Below, in pieces: positions 37,580 through 46,214 of a stretch of 51,379 bases of DNA. Within the stretch, counting starts at the first letter, position 1. Each line of letters starts with the position of its first letter. The notes under the pieces were generated by a model. That model had not been told where the DNA came from, ran no database searches, and worked only from the letters and a program-made list of their open reading frames with translations. Origin of the DNA: Candidatus Hadarchaeota archaeon (GTDB lineage Archaea; Hadarchaeota; Hadarchaeia; Hadarchaeales; JAWBSP01); contig CAYYWO010000001.1 of NCBI GenBank assembly GCA_964474885.1, positions 1 through 51,379 on the forward strand, written 5' to 3'. The translations under genes and the position numbers were made by a program.

Positions 37580-38739
37580 GAATAGCTCACTTTTGCTGGG
37601 AGAGCTTGTACGGGATCCGCTGTGGTGGCTTAGCAAGTGCTATCACGGGTTTGACGGAAGCTTTAGCGGAGAAAGGACACGAGGTCCATCTCTTCACGAG
37701 GTGGAAGGAGGGCTTTGAAAGGCACGAATGCATAAACGGCGTACACATCCACAGGTGTGTGTTTGATCCCAAGGGAAACATGCTCGAATTTGCTTGGAAG
37801 ATGAGCCAAGCTATGGTCTCGGATTTTCAATATATCAAGAGGCAGGTAGGAGACTTTGACATTGTCCATTGTCACGACTGGCATGTAGTAGATGCGCTTG
37901 AGGCCCTGAAAAGGGCAGGTTATCGAACAGTCTTCACCTGCCACTCGACGGAGTGGGGGAGGTGCGGAAATGCTTTTGGCGATGGGTGGGAGTCACGTGC
38001 GATATCCCACAAAGAATGGTATGGCATTTACTTGGCAGACCTTGTCACAACAGTTTCAAAAGCCATGAAGGGGGAAATTCAGTGGCTCTATCAAGTACCC
38101 GATTGGAAGATACAGGTGATTCCAAACGGTATTCGACCCGAAAAGTACGCGATGGATGTGGATGCCGGGCAGATTAAGAAAGCCTACGGGATACACCCTC
38201 TTGCACCGGTAATCCTGTTCGTGGGGAGAATATCCTATCAGAAAGGGCCTGATCTATTGGTAGAGGCGATCCCTCACGTGCTCAGCTATAGATGGGATGC
38301 CGTGTTTGTTTTCGTGGGGGAGGGTGATTCGAGGGCCTACTGTGAGTCCAGAGTCAGGGAGTTGGGGGTCGGAGAGCGAACGAAGTTTTTAGGATGGGTC
38401 TCGGATGAAGAATACACGAAGTTGTTGAACGCATGTGACATCGTGTGCATTCCGAGCAGGAATGAGCCCTTCGGTCTCGTTTTGCTGGAAGCTTGGTCTG
38501 CTGGTAAGGCAGTAGTTGCCACAGATGTTGGCGGGCTTTCTGAAAATATCGAGAACTTTGTAGACGGGATTAAGGTCTTTACCTATCCTGAATCGATAGC
38601 GTGGGGAATAAATTACATAATAAACGATGCTTTCGGTGTCCGGTACCTCGGTGAGAACGGTAGGAAGAAGGTGAAAAACTTCGCTTGGGAAATTATAGCA
38701 GACAGGATGTTGTCCGCTTACCGGAGTATACTGAAGTAG
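37576..38739 (+). CDS. GT4 glycosyltransferase (glycogen synthase-like)
   Basis: HCHDW, HSTEWGR, VGRISYQKGPD, PSRNEPFG. Confidence 0.92.
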   Translation: MRIAHFCWESLYGIRCGGLASAITGLTEALAEKGHEVHLFTRWKEGFERHECINGVHIHRCVFDPKGNMLEFAWKMSQAMVSDFQYIKRQVGDFDIVHCHDWHVVDALEALKRAGYRTVFTCHSTEWGRCGNAFGDGWESRAISHKEWYGIYLADLVTTVSKAMKGEIQWLYQVPDWKIQVIPNGIRPEKYAMDVDAGQIKKAYGIHPLAPVILFVGRISYQKGPDLLVEAIPHVLSYRWDAVFVFVGEGDSRAYCESRVRELGVGERTKFLGWVSDEEYTKLLNACDIVCIPSRNEPFGLVLLEAWSAGKAVVATDVGGLSENIENFVDGIKVFTYPESIAWGINYIINDAFGVRYLGENGRKKVKNFAWEIIADRMLSAYRSILK

Positions 38740-39402
38740 CTATGCTCTTATCAGTTCAGTGTTGACCTCTTCTCCCTCCACAGAGAATTCTGCGGCGTAC
38801 CCCTGGGAGAGTGGGCCTGGATTAACGACTATTGTTCTGCCCAGCTGAGAAACGCTCCTAGCTTCGTGCACGTGTCCGCAGAGGTTTAAGAGCGGTTGGT
38901 GTTTTTCGATGAACTTCCTCACACTCTTGCTTCCGACGTGAGTACCATTTGGTAGCAGATCTGCTTGAGTTCCAAAGGGAGGGACGTGCGTAACGAGAAT
39001 AAAATTGTTGTCTTCTGTTAGTTTGACCAAGGAGTCGAGTTCTTCTAGGATTTCCGCCTCAGTGTACTCCAGTGGCGTGTTGAAGGGGGTGACATTCGAT
39101 CCACCCAGCCCGACAAAGGGGAGTTTGCCTATTTTTACACATTTCTTGTGCAAGTTTATTCCTAGTTCTTCCAGAATCTCAGGAGTTTCTTTCGGGTCGC
39201 AATTTCCTGGAACAGACAGGATTGGTATCCCAAACTTGCTAACGTGTTCGAAGAGTTCTCTTATCGCGTCTAACGGCCCCAGTTGCGTGATATCCCCTAT
39301 CAGAATTAGACCTTCATATTTTCTCCTCTCCAGCAGACTCTCGAGATTTTTCTGAGCAGCGGGATGTCCATGCAGATCCGCTACCACTAAGAAGGGCCAC
39401 AT
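38740..39402 (-). CDS. Metallophosphoesterase (calcineurin-like)
   Basis: DLHG, GDIT, GNCD, THVPP, GHVHE, NPG. Confidence 0.9.
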   Translation of the reverse strand: MWPFLVVADLHGHPAAQKNLESLLERRKYEGLILIGDITQLGPLDAIRELFEHVSKFGIPILSVPGNCDPKETPEILEELGINLHKKCVKIGKLPFVGLGGSNVTPFNTPLEYTEAEILEELDSLVKLTEDNNFILVTHVPPFGTQADLLPNGTHVGSKSVRKFIEKHQPLLNLCGHVHEARSVSQLGRTIVVNPGPLSQGYAAEFSVEGEEVNTELIRA

Positions 39403-39472
39403 CAACACAGCCTTGTTTTTCTTTTTAACCCCTAACTGTTCGGCAAAAAATTTAATTGGTGTTCGAAAAATT

Positions 39473-40702
39473 GTGGTGGACCTGTTAATCAAGGACGCGC
39501 TGATATTAACTTTCGACCACAGCTTTAGCATCAGGAAGGGATCAATTGCCATTGAGGGAGGGAAAATCAAAAAAATCTCAAAGAATATGAGGAAAGGGGA
39601 TGCTGATGAAGTGATTAACGCCCGAGGAAAAGTGGTTATGCCCGCGATGATCCTCCCTTATTGCTCATTGCAAAATTGCTTGCTCGTCGGTAGGAGGTCA
39701 CCATCCTTCTGGAAGAGGGTGAACCAGAACCAGTTGCAGACTGCGGTGAGATGGGCCTGTCTCAGGCTTCTGCGCTCGGGTGTGGTTTTCGTGTCCAACG
39801 TCATACATACAGTGAAAAATGGCAATTTGTTCCAAACAGCTCAAGAAATGGAGGAAGCAGAAATGAGAGGTTTTTTAGCACTTGAACTCTCGGAGCATGG
39901 GAAGAGCGGATACAGAGCCCTCTCGGAAACTGAGAGGTTTTTAGAGAGAAACCCCTCAAAGAGAATCAAAGGTTTGGTCTGTGTCCATGCGTGCACCTCT
40001 GATGACATTTTGCAAGAGGCTCGTGAACTCGCTTCCTCTTTCCGCACGAAGCTATTGATTGTTATCTCGAGGGAGCTGGAGCACTTCTACTATGTCAGCA
40101 GGGAGTTTGGAACCTCGCCAATGGGGAGGATAATAAACGCTGGCTTGCTGGAACCGAATGCGATAGTGACGCATTACGTTCACCGTGTGCAGTGCACTGA
40201 ACTAGAGGAACTGCAAAAAAGTGGTGCAAAACTTGTCCACATTCTCCCCGATTCTGGTTATCTTGAGGATTTCTCCCCTGTTGAGGAGGCCCTGCACAAG
40301 AATATCACGAGCGGAATAGGAATGGAGAGGTTCATGGATGTCTTTGAACTGATGCGCAACTTCTTTTTTAGTTGCCAACAGAGAAAGATCACTTTGGAGC
40401 CGAAACATGTGTTGGCAATGTTTACCCGAATGCCAGCCGAAATGTATGGACTGAACTCTGGGTGTGTTGAGCAGGGAAGAGTGGCAGATCTGCTTGTTTT
40501 AGATCTCCCTGAGTTGAAAGGAGGCCTCATCTACGAGACAATTTTGACTGCTTGCACTTCTCACTTCATCAGCGCCGTTATTGCTGGGGGAAAGCTGATT
40601 GATGAGGAAAAGCTGAGATACAGGGAAAAAGAATTGAAAATGGAGTTTTATCGAGTTCTAAAAGATCTCTACAAAAAGGACATTAGGAACCCAGAATGGT
40701 GA
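39473..40702 (+). CDS. Amidohydrolase-family protein (SsnA/MtaD-like) with degenerate metal site
   Basis: N-terminal DLLIKDA..IAIEGGKI..INARGKVVMP and C-terminal GCVEQGRVADLLVLD. HxH and the catalytic Asp are absent. Confidence 0.8.
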   Translation: MVDLLIKDALILTFDHSFSIRKGSIAIEGGKIKKISKNMRKGDADEVINARGKVVMPAMILPYCSLQNCLLVGRRSPSFWKRVNQNQLQTAVRWACLRLLRSGVVFVSNVIHTVKNGNLFQTAQEMEEAEMRGFLALELSEHGKSGYRALSETERFLERNPSKRIKGLVCVHACTSDDILQEARELASSFRTKLLIVISRELEHFYYVSREFGTSPMGRIINAGLLEPNAIVTHYVHRVQCTELEELQKSGAKLVHILPDSGYLEDFSPVEEALHKNITSGIGMERFMDVFELMRNFFFSCQQRKITLEPKHVLAMFTRMPAEMYGLNSGCVEQGRVADLLVLDLPELKGGLIYETILTACTSHFISAVIAGGKLIDEEKLRYREKELKMEFYRVLKDLYKKDIRNPEW

Positions 40703-41769
40703 GGCTTTCTGTTGAAATAGCTGGACTGAGATTCAGAACACCTATTCTAACTGGTGCTGGGCCTGTGATTCGAGATTCTTCAAGCCTGCTGGTAGCTGCT
40801 GAGAACGGCATCGGAGGCCTCGTGACGGGCACCATCACGAGCAAGCCAAGTCCAGTCTACCCATATCTGTGTAAAGTTAGGGACTGTGTGTTGACAGCCA
40901 ACCTTGCTTCCCCTCTGTCCCCGGAAAGTTGGGAAAGAGAGATCCCAAGGGCCAAGAGGACGGGCCTACCGCTCATAGCTAACATAGGGTTCGACCTAGA
41001 GGACATCATTAACTTGGCTCCGCGTATGATAGAGGCGGGTGCTGATGGAATAGAGATAACTTTGAGGAGGAATTTAACTCTCCACAAGTTCAGGGAACTG
41101 GTCAAAGAGGCCAGGAAGGTGATATCCGAACCCCTCTTTGTAAAGTTGAACACGAGTATGCACCCCATAGCTGAGTTTGCAAAAGCAGCGGCGGAACAGG
41201 GGGTGGATGGCCTGACCGTCATAGATGCCGTGGGCCCTTGTACGCTCCTGAGGGACGATGGCACACCATTCCTAGGCAGCGAGGGGGGGATTGGTTGGTT
41301 GTGTGGTCCTGCGATCAAACCTATGGCACTTAGAGCGTTGGTGGAAGTAGCTGAGCAGGTTGAAATCCCCATCTTTGGTGCGGGAGGGGTCTTAGAGGGG
41401 AGGGATGTAGCCGAGTTCATAATGGCTGGGGCGTGGGCTGTGCAGGTCAATTCGGCTGTCATCTTGAGAGGGCCAAAAGTCTACGGGCAGCTCGTCAGAG
41501 AGTTTATGCAGTTCATGCAGATGAAAAACGTGGACGATGTCGGTAGCCTGAGGGGCGCAACTCTCAGGCGCTTGCCCAAGTCCCCCCTTACCACCCCCAA
41601 GGTACCCACGCTTTTGGCTTCCAAGTGCAATAACTGTGGCTTGTGTGCACGCTTCTGCTTCTATGATGCAATTCGGGTGGGTGGCAAGATGCCCAGAATC
41701 GAGCCCAACAAGTGCACGGGTTGCGGGCTTTGTGTTTCCGTTTGTCCGGCGGGGGCTTTGAGATTTTAA
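40696..41769 (+). CDS. Dihydroorotate/dihydropyrimidine dehydrogenase (PreA-like) with 2x[4Fe-4S] domain; degenerate active site
   Basis: PLFVKL, GPAIKPMAL, GAGGV, AGAWAVQV; CNNCGLCARFC and CTGCGLCVSVC. Confidence 0.82.
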   Translation: MVRLSVEIAGLRFRTPILTGAGPVIRDSSSLLVAAENGIGGLVTGTITSKPSPVYPYLCKVRDCVLTANLASPLSPESWEREIPRAKRTGLPLIANIGFDLEDIINLAPRMIEAGADGIEITLRRNLTLHKFRELVKEARKVISEPLFVKLNTSMHPIAEFAKAAAEQGVDGLTVIDAVGPCTLLRDDGTPFLGSEGGIGWLCGPAIKPMALRALVEVAEQVEIPIFGAGGVLEGRDVAEFIMAGAWAVQVNSAVILRGPKVYGQLVREFMQFMQMKNVDDVGSLRGATLRRLPKSPLTTPKVPTLLASKCNNCGLCARFCFYDAIRVGGKMPRIEPNKCTGCGLCVSVCPAGALRF

Positions 41770-41813
41770 AATAATGTGACAATCGTCACATATTCTCTGA
41801 CCAAGGAACTTGT

Positions 41814-41821
41814 CTTAAATG
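41814..41821 (+). promoter_or_regulatory. TATA-like box for the putative ncRNA
   Basis: CTTAAATG centred ~24 nt upstream of the predicted RNA 5' end at 41842. Confidence 0.5.
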
Positions 41822-41841
41822 GAAAGCTGAGAAAAATAGTC

Positions 41842-42073
41842 GGCGGGGACGGAAGCCCGGGGGTGTGGCCGAACCCGAGCCTACGGGCAAGGGGGAGCCG
41901 CCCAAAAACGGGGGCTAAAAACCCCGGACTGGGGCGGATAAGCGCCGGGAGGTTCGGCGCGAGGTCACAAACCCGGGAAAAAGACCCCGGACGTGAAAAA
42001 GCGAGGGTTGCAGGGGAGGTGGTCGAGATCCCCGGACCCTCGCCGAGTAGCGGAGGGGTCGAAGTCCCCGCCA
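41842..42073 (+). ncRNA. Unassigned highly structured ncRNA (~230 nt)
   Basis: 9-bp terminal helix GGCGGGGAC/GTCCCCGCC, about eight internal helices, cUACGg loop, upstream TATA-like box, T5 directly downstream. Confidence 0.75.
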
Positions 42074-42100
42074 TTTTTGTTATTCTTGGGAAGTTTAGGG

Positions 42101-44500
42101 ATGCGTGGGATTCTCTTAGATGTTTGTGACGAGGGCCGTAATATCGAGCTCTTCGTCAAAACCGAGAAGGGTATTGTCAAGGCAGTTGACGAGAACTTTT
42201 TTCCATGTTTTTATGTTCTCCCGAAAGAAGTGGACAGAGAGTTCAGGATTTTGAGGAAACTTGCACTTAAAGAAGGTAACAGGGAGATCCGTCCAGTTTC
42301 AGTTTCTCTCGAAAAGAAGTTTTTGAGGGGGAATCAGGTTGATGCTATCAGGATTGCGGTTGCCAAGCACTCCGACATAGACCCGCTCAGGCACTTCATA
42401 AGGGATGCTCTTCATCTGCAGTCGTTTGGGTATGACCTGCCGGTAGTCAGGAGATACTTTCTCACCCATCGACTGCTACCTTTCTGTGGTGTTTGCCTAG
42501 AGGGGGAGATCAAGGATAATGAGTTAAGGCTCACAAGGCCTCCGGAGCCCTTCGAAAGCAGGATGCCAGAACTTTCAGTGATGTCCTTTGATATAGAGGT
42601 CTACAATCCAGCCGGTACACCTCGACCGGATAAGGATCCTGTGATAATGATAAGCTTGGCGGATACGGGCGGCTTCCGAAAGGTGCTCACCTGGAAGAGT
42701 GTCCCTGGACTAGATTACGTTGAGGAAGTAGGTGGGGAGAGACAGATGCTGAGAAGGTTCGTGGAAATAGTCCAAGAGCGCGATCCGGACATCTTGGTGG
42801 GCTACAACACCGACCTCTTCGATTTTCCCTATCTCCGCAGCAGGGCGGAGCACTTGGGTGTTAAACTGAAGCTGGGTAGGGACGGATCCGAGCCAACCGC
42901 TAGAAGGAGGAGGTTTGCTTCGGCCACTCGTGTGAAGGGGAGAATACATTGTGATCTGTATGCTATGGTCAATTTTCTGGCGCTGACGGGCGGTATCCGG
43001 TTGATACACTACACCCTCGGGGATGTCTACAAGTATCTGCTTGGAAAAGAAAAACCAGACATCGAGTTCACGGAGATCGTCAGGTGCTGGGACGAAGGGG
43101 GGGAGGCCCTGAAGGAGTTGGCGGAATACTGCATGTCTGATGCGGCTGCTGCTCTAGAACTCTCCCAGGAGTTGTTGCCGCTTTTCATCGAGCTCGCGAG
43201 GATAATAGGCCAGAGCCTCTTCGACGTTGGCAGAATGACTCCAGGTCAAATGGTTGAGTGGCTTCTGATCCGCGAGGCGGAGGCAAGGCAAGAGCTCGTT
43301 CCTCCCAGACCTGTGGCTGAAGAACAGGAGGAGAGAGAAGAAGAGACGTACGCTGGTGCCTATGTCATGGAGCCAGAGCAAGGATTGCATGAGAACCTTG
43401 TGGTCTTCGACTTTCGGTCACTTTATCCTTCCATAATTATCACGCACAGGATAGATCCGTTCAACCTCAACTGTGAGTGCTGCAGGGACGGTGCCACCGT
43501 TGTCCCGGAGCTAGGCTACCATTTCTGCACCAAAAGAGAAGGATTCATAGCACCAGTCCTCAAGAGACTTGTCGAGGAGCGGATCAAGCTGAAAAGGGAA
43601 CTGAAAAAACTGGAGAAAAGCTCGGAGGAATACAAGAAGCTTTACGTCAGGCAGAATGCACTCAAGATAATCTCGAACAGCTTCTACGGTATGCTGGGCT
43701 TCTCCAAGGCTAGGTGGTACTCCAAGGAGTGTGCAGAGAGCATAACTGCATTCGGCCGGCACTATATTCAGAGGACGATTAAACTTGCGGAAGAGGACGG
43801 CTTCAAGGTGATCTATAGCGATACGGATTCACTTCACTGCAAGCTAGGCGCGAAGTCCAAGGAGGATGCGCTTAGATTGATAGAGAAGGTTAATCGGATT
43901 TTGCCGGGCTGTATTGAGCTGGAGCTGGAGGATTTCTATCCTAGGGGCATTTACATAACCAAGAAGAGGTACGCTTTGATCGACGAGAAGAACCGGATGA
44001 CGGTTAAAGGATTGGAATTCGTTAGGAGGGACTGGGCAGCCATTGCCAAGAAGACACAGGAGAAAGTTCTAAAGGCAATCCTAGTGGAGGGTTCCCCCAA
44101 GCAAGCTTTGGAAGCCGTTAGAAGGACGATCCAAGATCTCAGAGAGTACAAGGTCCCCCTAGAGGATCTGATCATTTACACTCAGCTCAAAATGTCACTG
44201 GAGGAGTACAAAGCCATCGGGCCGCACGTTTCGGTTGCCATGAAGCTCAAGCAAAGGGGGAGACCTGTGGAGCCGGGGATGATGATAGCGTATGTGGTAG
44301 CGAAAGGTCCGGGTAGCATAAGCGACAGGGCCTTTCCGGCGGATGAGTTCAAAAAGCAGAGGATGAAATACGATCCAGAATACTATATCGATCACCAAGT
44401 CCTTCCGGCTGTTATGAGGATAATGGAGGTTCTGGGATTCAGGGAAGAGGATCTCAAGGGCGGGGAAAAACAGGTAAGTTTAAGCAAGTTCTTTCAGTAG
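42101..44500 (+). CDS. polB: DNA polymerase family B
   Basis: FDIEV (ExoI), YNTDLFDF, DFRSLYPSII, KIISNSFYG, YSDTDS, KKRY. No intein. Confidence 0.96.
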   Translation: MRGILLDVCDEGRNIELFVKTEKGIVKAVDENFFPCFYVLPKEVDREFRILRKLALKEGNREIRPVSVSLEKKFLRGNQVDAIRIAVAKHSDIDPLRHFIRDALHLQSFGYDLPVVRRYFLTHRLLPFCGVCLEGEIKDNELRLTRPPEPFESRMPELSVMSFDIEVYNPAGTPRPDKDPVIMISLADTGGFRKVLTWKSVPGLDYVEEVGGERQMLRRFVEIVQERDPDILVGYNTDLFDFPYLRSRAEHLGVKLKLGRDGSEPTARRRRFASATRVKGRIHCDLYAMVNFLALTGGIRLIHYTLGDVYKYLLGKEKPDIEFTEIVRCWDEGGEALKELAEYCMSDAAAALELSQELLPLFIELARIIGQSLFDVGRMTPGQMVEWLLIREAEARQELVPPRPVAEEQEEREEETYAGAYVMEPEQGLHENLVVFDFRSLYPSIIITHRIDPFNLNCECCRDGATVVPELGYHFCTKREGFIAPVLKRLVEERIKLKRELKKLEKSSEEYKKLYVRQNALKIISNSFYGMLGFSKARWYSKECAESITAFGRHYIQRTIKLAEEDGFKVIYSDTDSLHCKLGAKSKEDALRLIEKVNRILPGCIELELEDFYPRGIYITKKRYALIDEKNRMTVKGLEFVRRDWAAIAKKTQEKVLKAILVEGSPKQALEAVRRTIQDLREYKVPLEDLIIYTQLKMSLEEYKAIGPHVSVAMKLKQRGRPVEPGMMIAYVVAKGPGSISDRAFPADEFKKQRMKYDPEYYIDHQVLPAVMRIMEVLGFREEDLKGGEKQVSLSKFFQ

Positions 44501-45397
44501 ATGCAGGCTGAGGAATTGGAGGCCTACAGAAGAGCGGGGAAGATCGCTGCCCAGGTCAGGGAAGAAATTAGGAAGAAAGTAAGGCCTGGTGTGAAGGTAC
44601 TGGATATAGCTGAACAGGCAGAGAACCTGATCAGGGAGCTGGGAGCAGCTCCAGCCTTTCCCTGTAACGTATCCATAAACGAAATAGCTGCCCACTATAG
44701 TCCTCCCCCCTGGGATCAAACGGTGATAGGCGAGGACGACTTGGTGAAGATAGACATTGGCGCCCAAGTAGATGGGTACATCGGGGATACGGCGTTCTCG
44801 GTTAGTTTCGACCCTGAAGGGGAGAAGCTTGTTAGAACAGCTGAAAAAGCTCTCGAGGAAGCGATCTCCCGTGTGAAACCTGGCGTGGATGTGGGCGAGA
44901 TAGGGGCAGCAATTGAGGAGGTAGTAAAATCCTCGGGTTTGAAACCTGTACAGAACTTGACCGGACATTCGTTGTCGAGGGGGGAGTTGCATTCCGGCAT
45001 TTCGATCCCGAACGTGGGAGGGCAGACAGGTCAGAGGTTAAAGAAAGGACATGCCATAGCCATCGAACCATTCATTACGGAGGGTGCGGGATTTGTTGAG
45101 GATGACGAGCGCAGAGTGTACATATACTCTTACTTACGGGAGGGTCCCGTTAGATCCCGGATGGCTAGGGAGATGCTCCAACGCATCAAAAGAAACTTCT
45201 CGACTTTTCCCTTCTCCATAAGATGGCTGTCGCCTAACGTCTCGAGGCTAAGGCTGGAGCTCACGCTGAGAGAGTTACGAATGGCTGGCATCCTTCGCCC
45301 TTACCCAGTCCTCGTTGAGAGAGCGAAGGGAAAAGTAGCCCAGGCCGAGCACACCGTAGTGGTTACCGACACAGGCTGTGAGGTCACCACACTGTAA
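44501..45397 (+). CDS. map: Methionine aminopeptidase, type II
   Basis: FPCNVSINEIAAHY, KIDIG..DG..GDTA, NLTGH, AIEPF, QAEHT. Confidence 0.96.
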   Translation: MQAEELEAYRRAGKIAAQVREEIRKKVRPGVKVLDIAEQAENLIRELGAAPAFPCNVSINEIAAHYSPPPWDQTVIGEDDLVKIDIGAQVDGYIGDTAFSVSFDPEGEKLVRTAEKALEEAISRVKPGVDVGEIGAAIEEVVKSSGLKPVQNLTGHSLSRGELHSGISIPNVGGQTGQRLKKGHAIAIEPFITEGAGFVEDDERRVYIYSYLREGPVRSRMAREMLQRIKRNFSTFPFSIRWLSPNVSRLRLELTLRELRMAGILRPYPVLVERAKGKVAQAEHTVVVTDTGCEVTTL

Positions 45398-45464
45398 ACC
45401 ACCTTTCAGCGGGCCCGAAAAGCTCGCGCATGCTGACCATATTTAGTGCCAAGCGGAGTCCCCG

Positions 45465-45659
45465 ATGAGGCTGTGGGAAGACAAAAAGACGGTTGAGCGT
45501 TTCCGCCGCATGAGCGGCTCGGAGAGCCTGAAGCTGACTCTCGCTCTGAGCGAGGAGTACGCCACCATATTCGCAAACTCGCTTGGGAAGGACAAGCCCG
45601 ATACTGGCGTTTATTGTTTGATAAGGGGTGAGAAGAAACGCCCATCGAGGAAGCCATAA
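45465..45659 (+). CDS. Small hypothetical protein, possible TA partner
   Basis: VERFRRMSGSESLKLTLALSE; lies directly upstream of a nucleotidyltransferase. Confidence 0.5.
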   Translation: MRLWEDKKTVERFRRMSGSESLKLTLALSEEYATIFANSLGKDKPDTGVYCLIRGEKKRPSRKP

Positions 45660-45667
45660 AACGGGTA

Positions 45668-46186
45668 GTGAGGGTTCTCAGGCAGCTGAGGGTACCCTAC
45701 GCCTTTACCGGCGGAATTGTAGTCGGTTTCTACGGTTTCCCGCGAGCTACATACGACGTTGACGTGGTGATAGAAGCCAGAGATCCCTCCAAGCTTGTCC
45801 GCATGCTCAGAAAAGTTGGTTTTGAGCTCAACCCCGACGAAGCAAAACTCATGATGGAGAAGGGAAACCGCTTTGTCTGCTACTTGGGTCCGTGCAGGGT
45901 CGATCTTTGGCTGGCAAAAACACCTCGGGAGATGGCGGAGCTGAGGCGGGCGAGAACAGTGAGGATATTCGGCATGCGAACACGTTTGCTTGCGCCAGAG
46001 GACGTGATCCTCCGCAAGTTGGACTCGGGCAGAGGCAAAGACTTCGAGGACGCCTTGGGCATACTAGTAAGGCAGAAGGGAAAGCTCGACCTCTCATACT
46101 TGAAGTCCCGAGCTTCTGCTCTGCGGCTGGAGCGAGCCATCGCAAAGTTGTTTAGAGAAGCCGAGCGCGCGGAAGCCGCGGCTTGA
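45668..46186 (+). CDS. Nucleotidyltransferase (DUF6036/AbiEii-like)
   Basis: GGIVVGFYGFPRATYDVDVV, APEDVILRKL..GRGKDFEDA. Confidence 0.8.
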   Translation: MRVLRQLRVPYAFTGGIVVGFYGFPRATYDVDVVIEARDPSKLVRMLRKVGFELNPDEAKLMMEKGNRFVCYLGPCRVDLWLAKTPREMAELRRARTVRIFGMRTRLLAPEDVILRKLDSGRGKDFEDALGILVRQKGKLDLSYLKSRASALRLERAIAKLFREAERAEAAA

Positions 46187-46214
46187 GTGGAGAACGCCAG
46201 TTCGTTTATAAAGT

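Noticed and set aside
41842-42073. RNase P RNA, SRP RNA, tmRNA or a known riboswitch
   Set aside because: No GAGGAAAGUC/ACAGAA P4 strands, no SRP helix 8 motif, no true acceptor plus T-arm, and no TPP/FMN/B12/lysine consensus visible by eye.
41776-42129. 117-aa ORF, its antisense ORFs and the N-terminal extension of PolB from 41993
   Set aside because: Low-complexity G/P/R translation of the structured RNA. PolB homology starts at ATG 42101.
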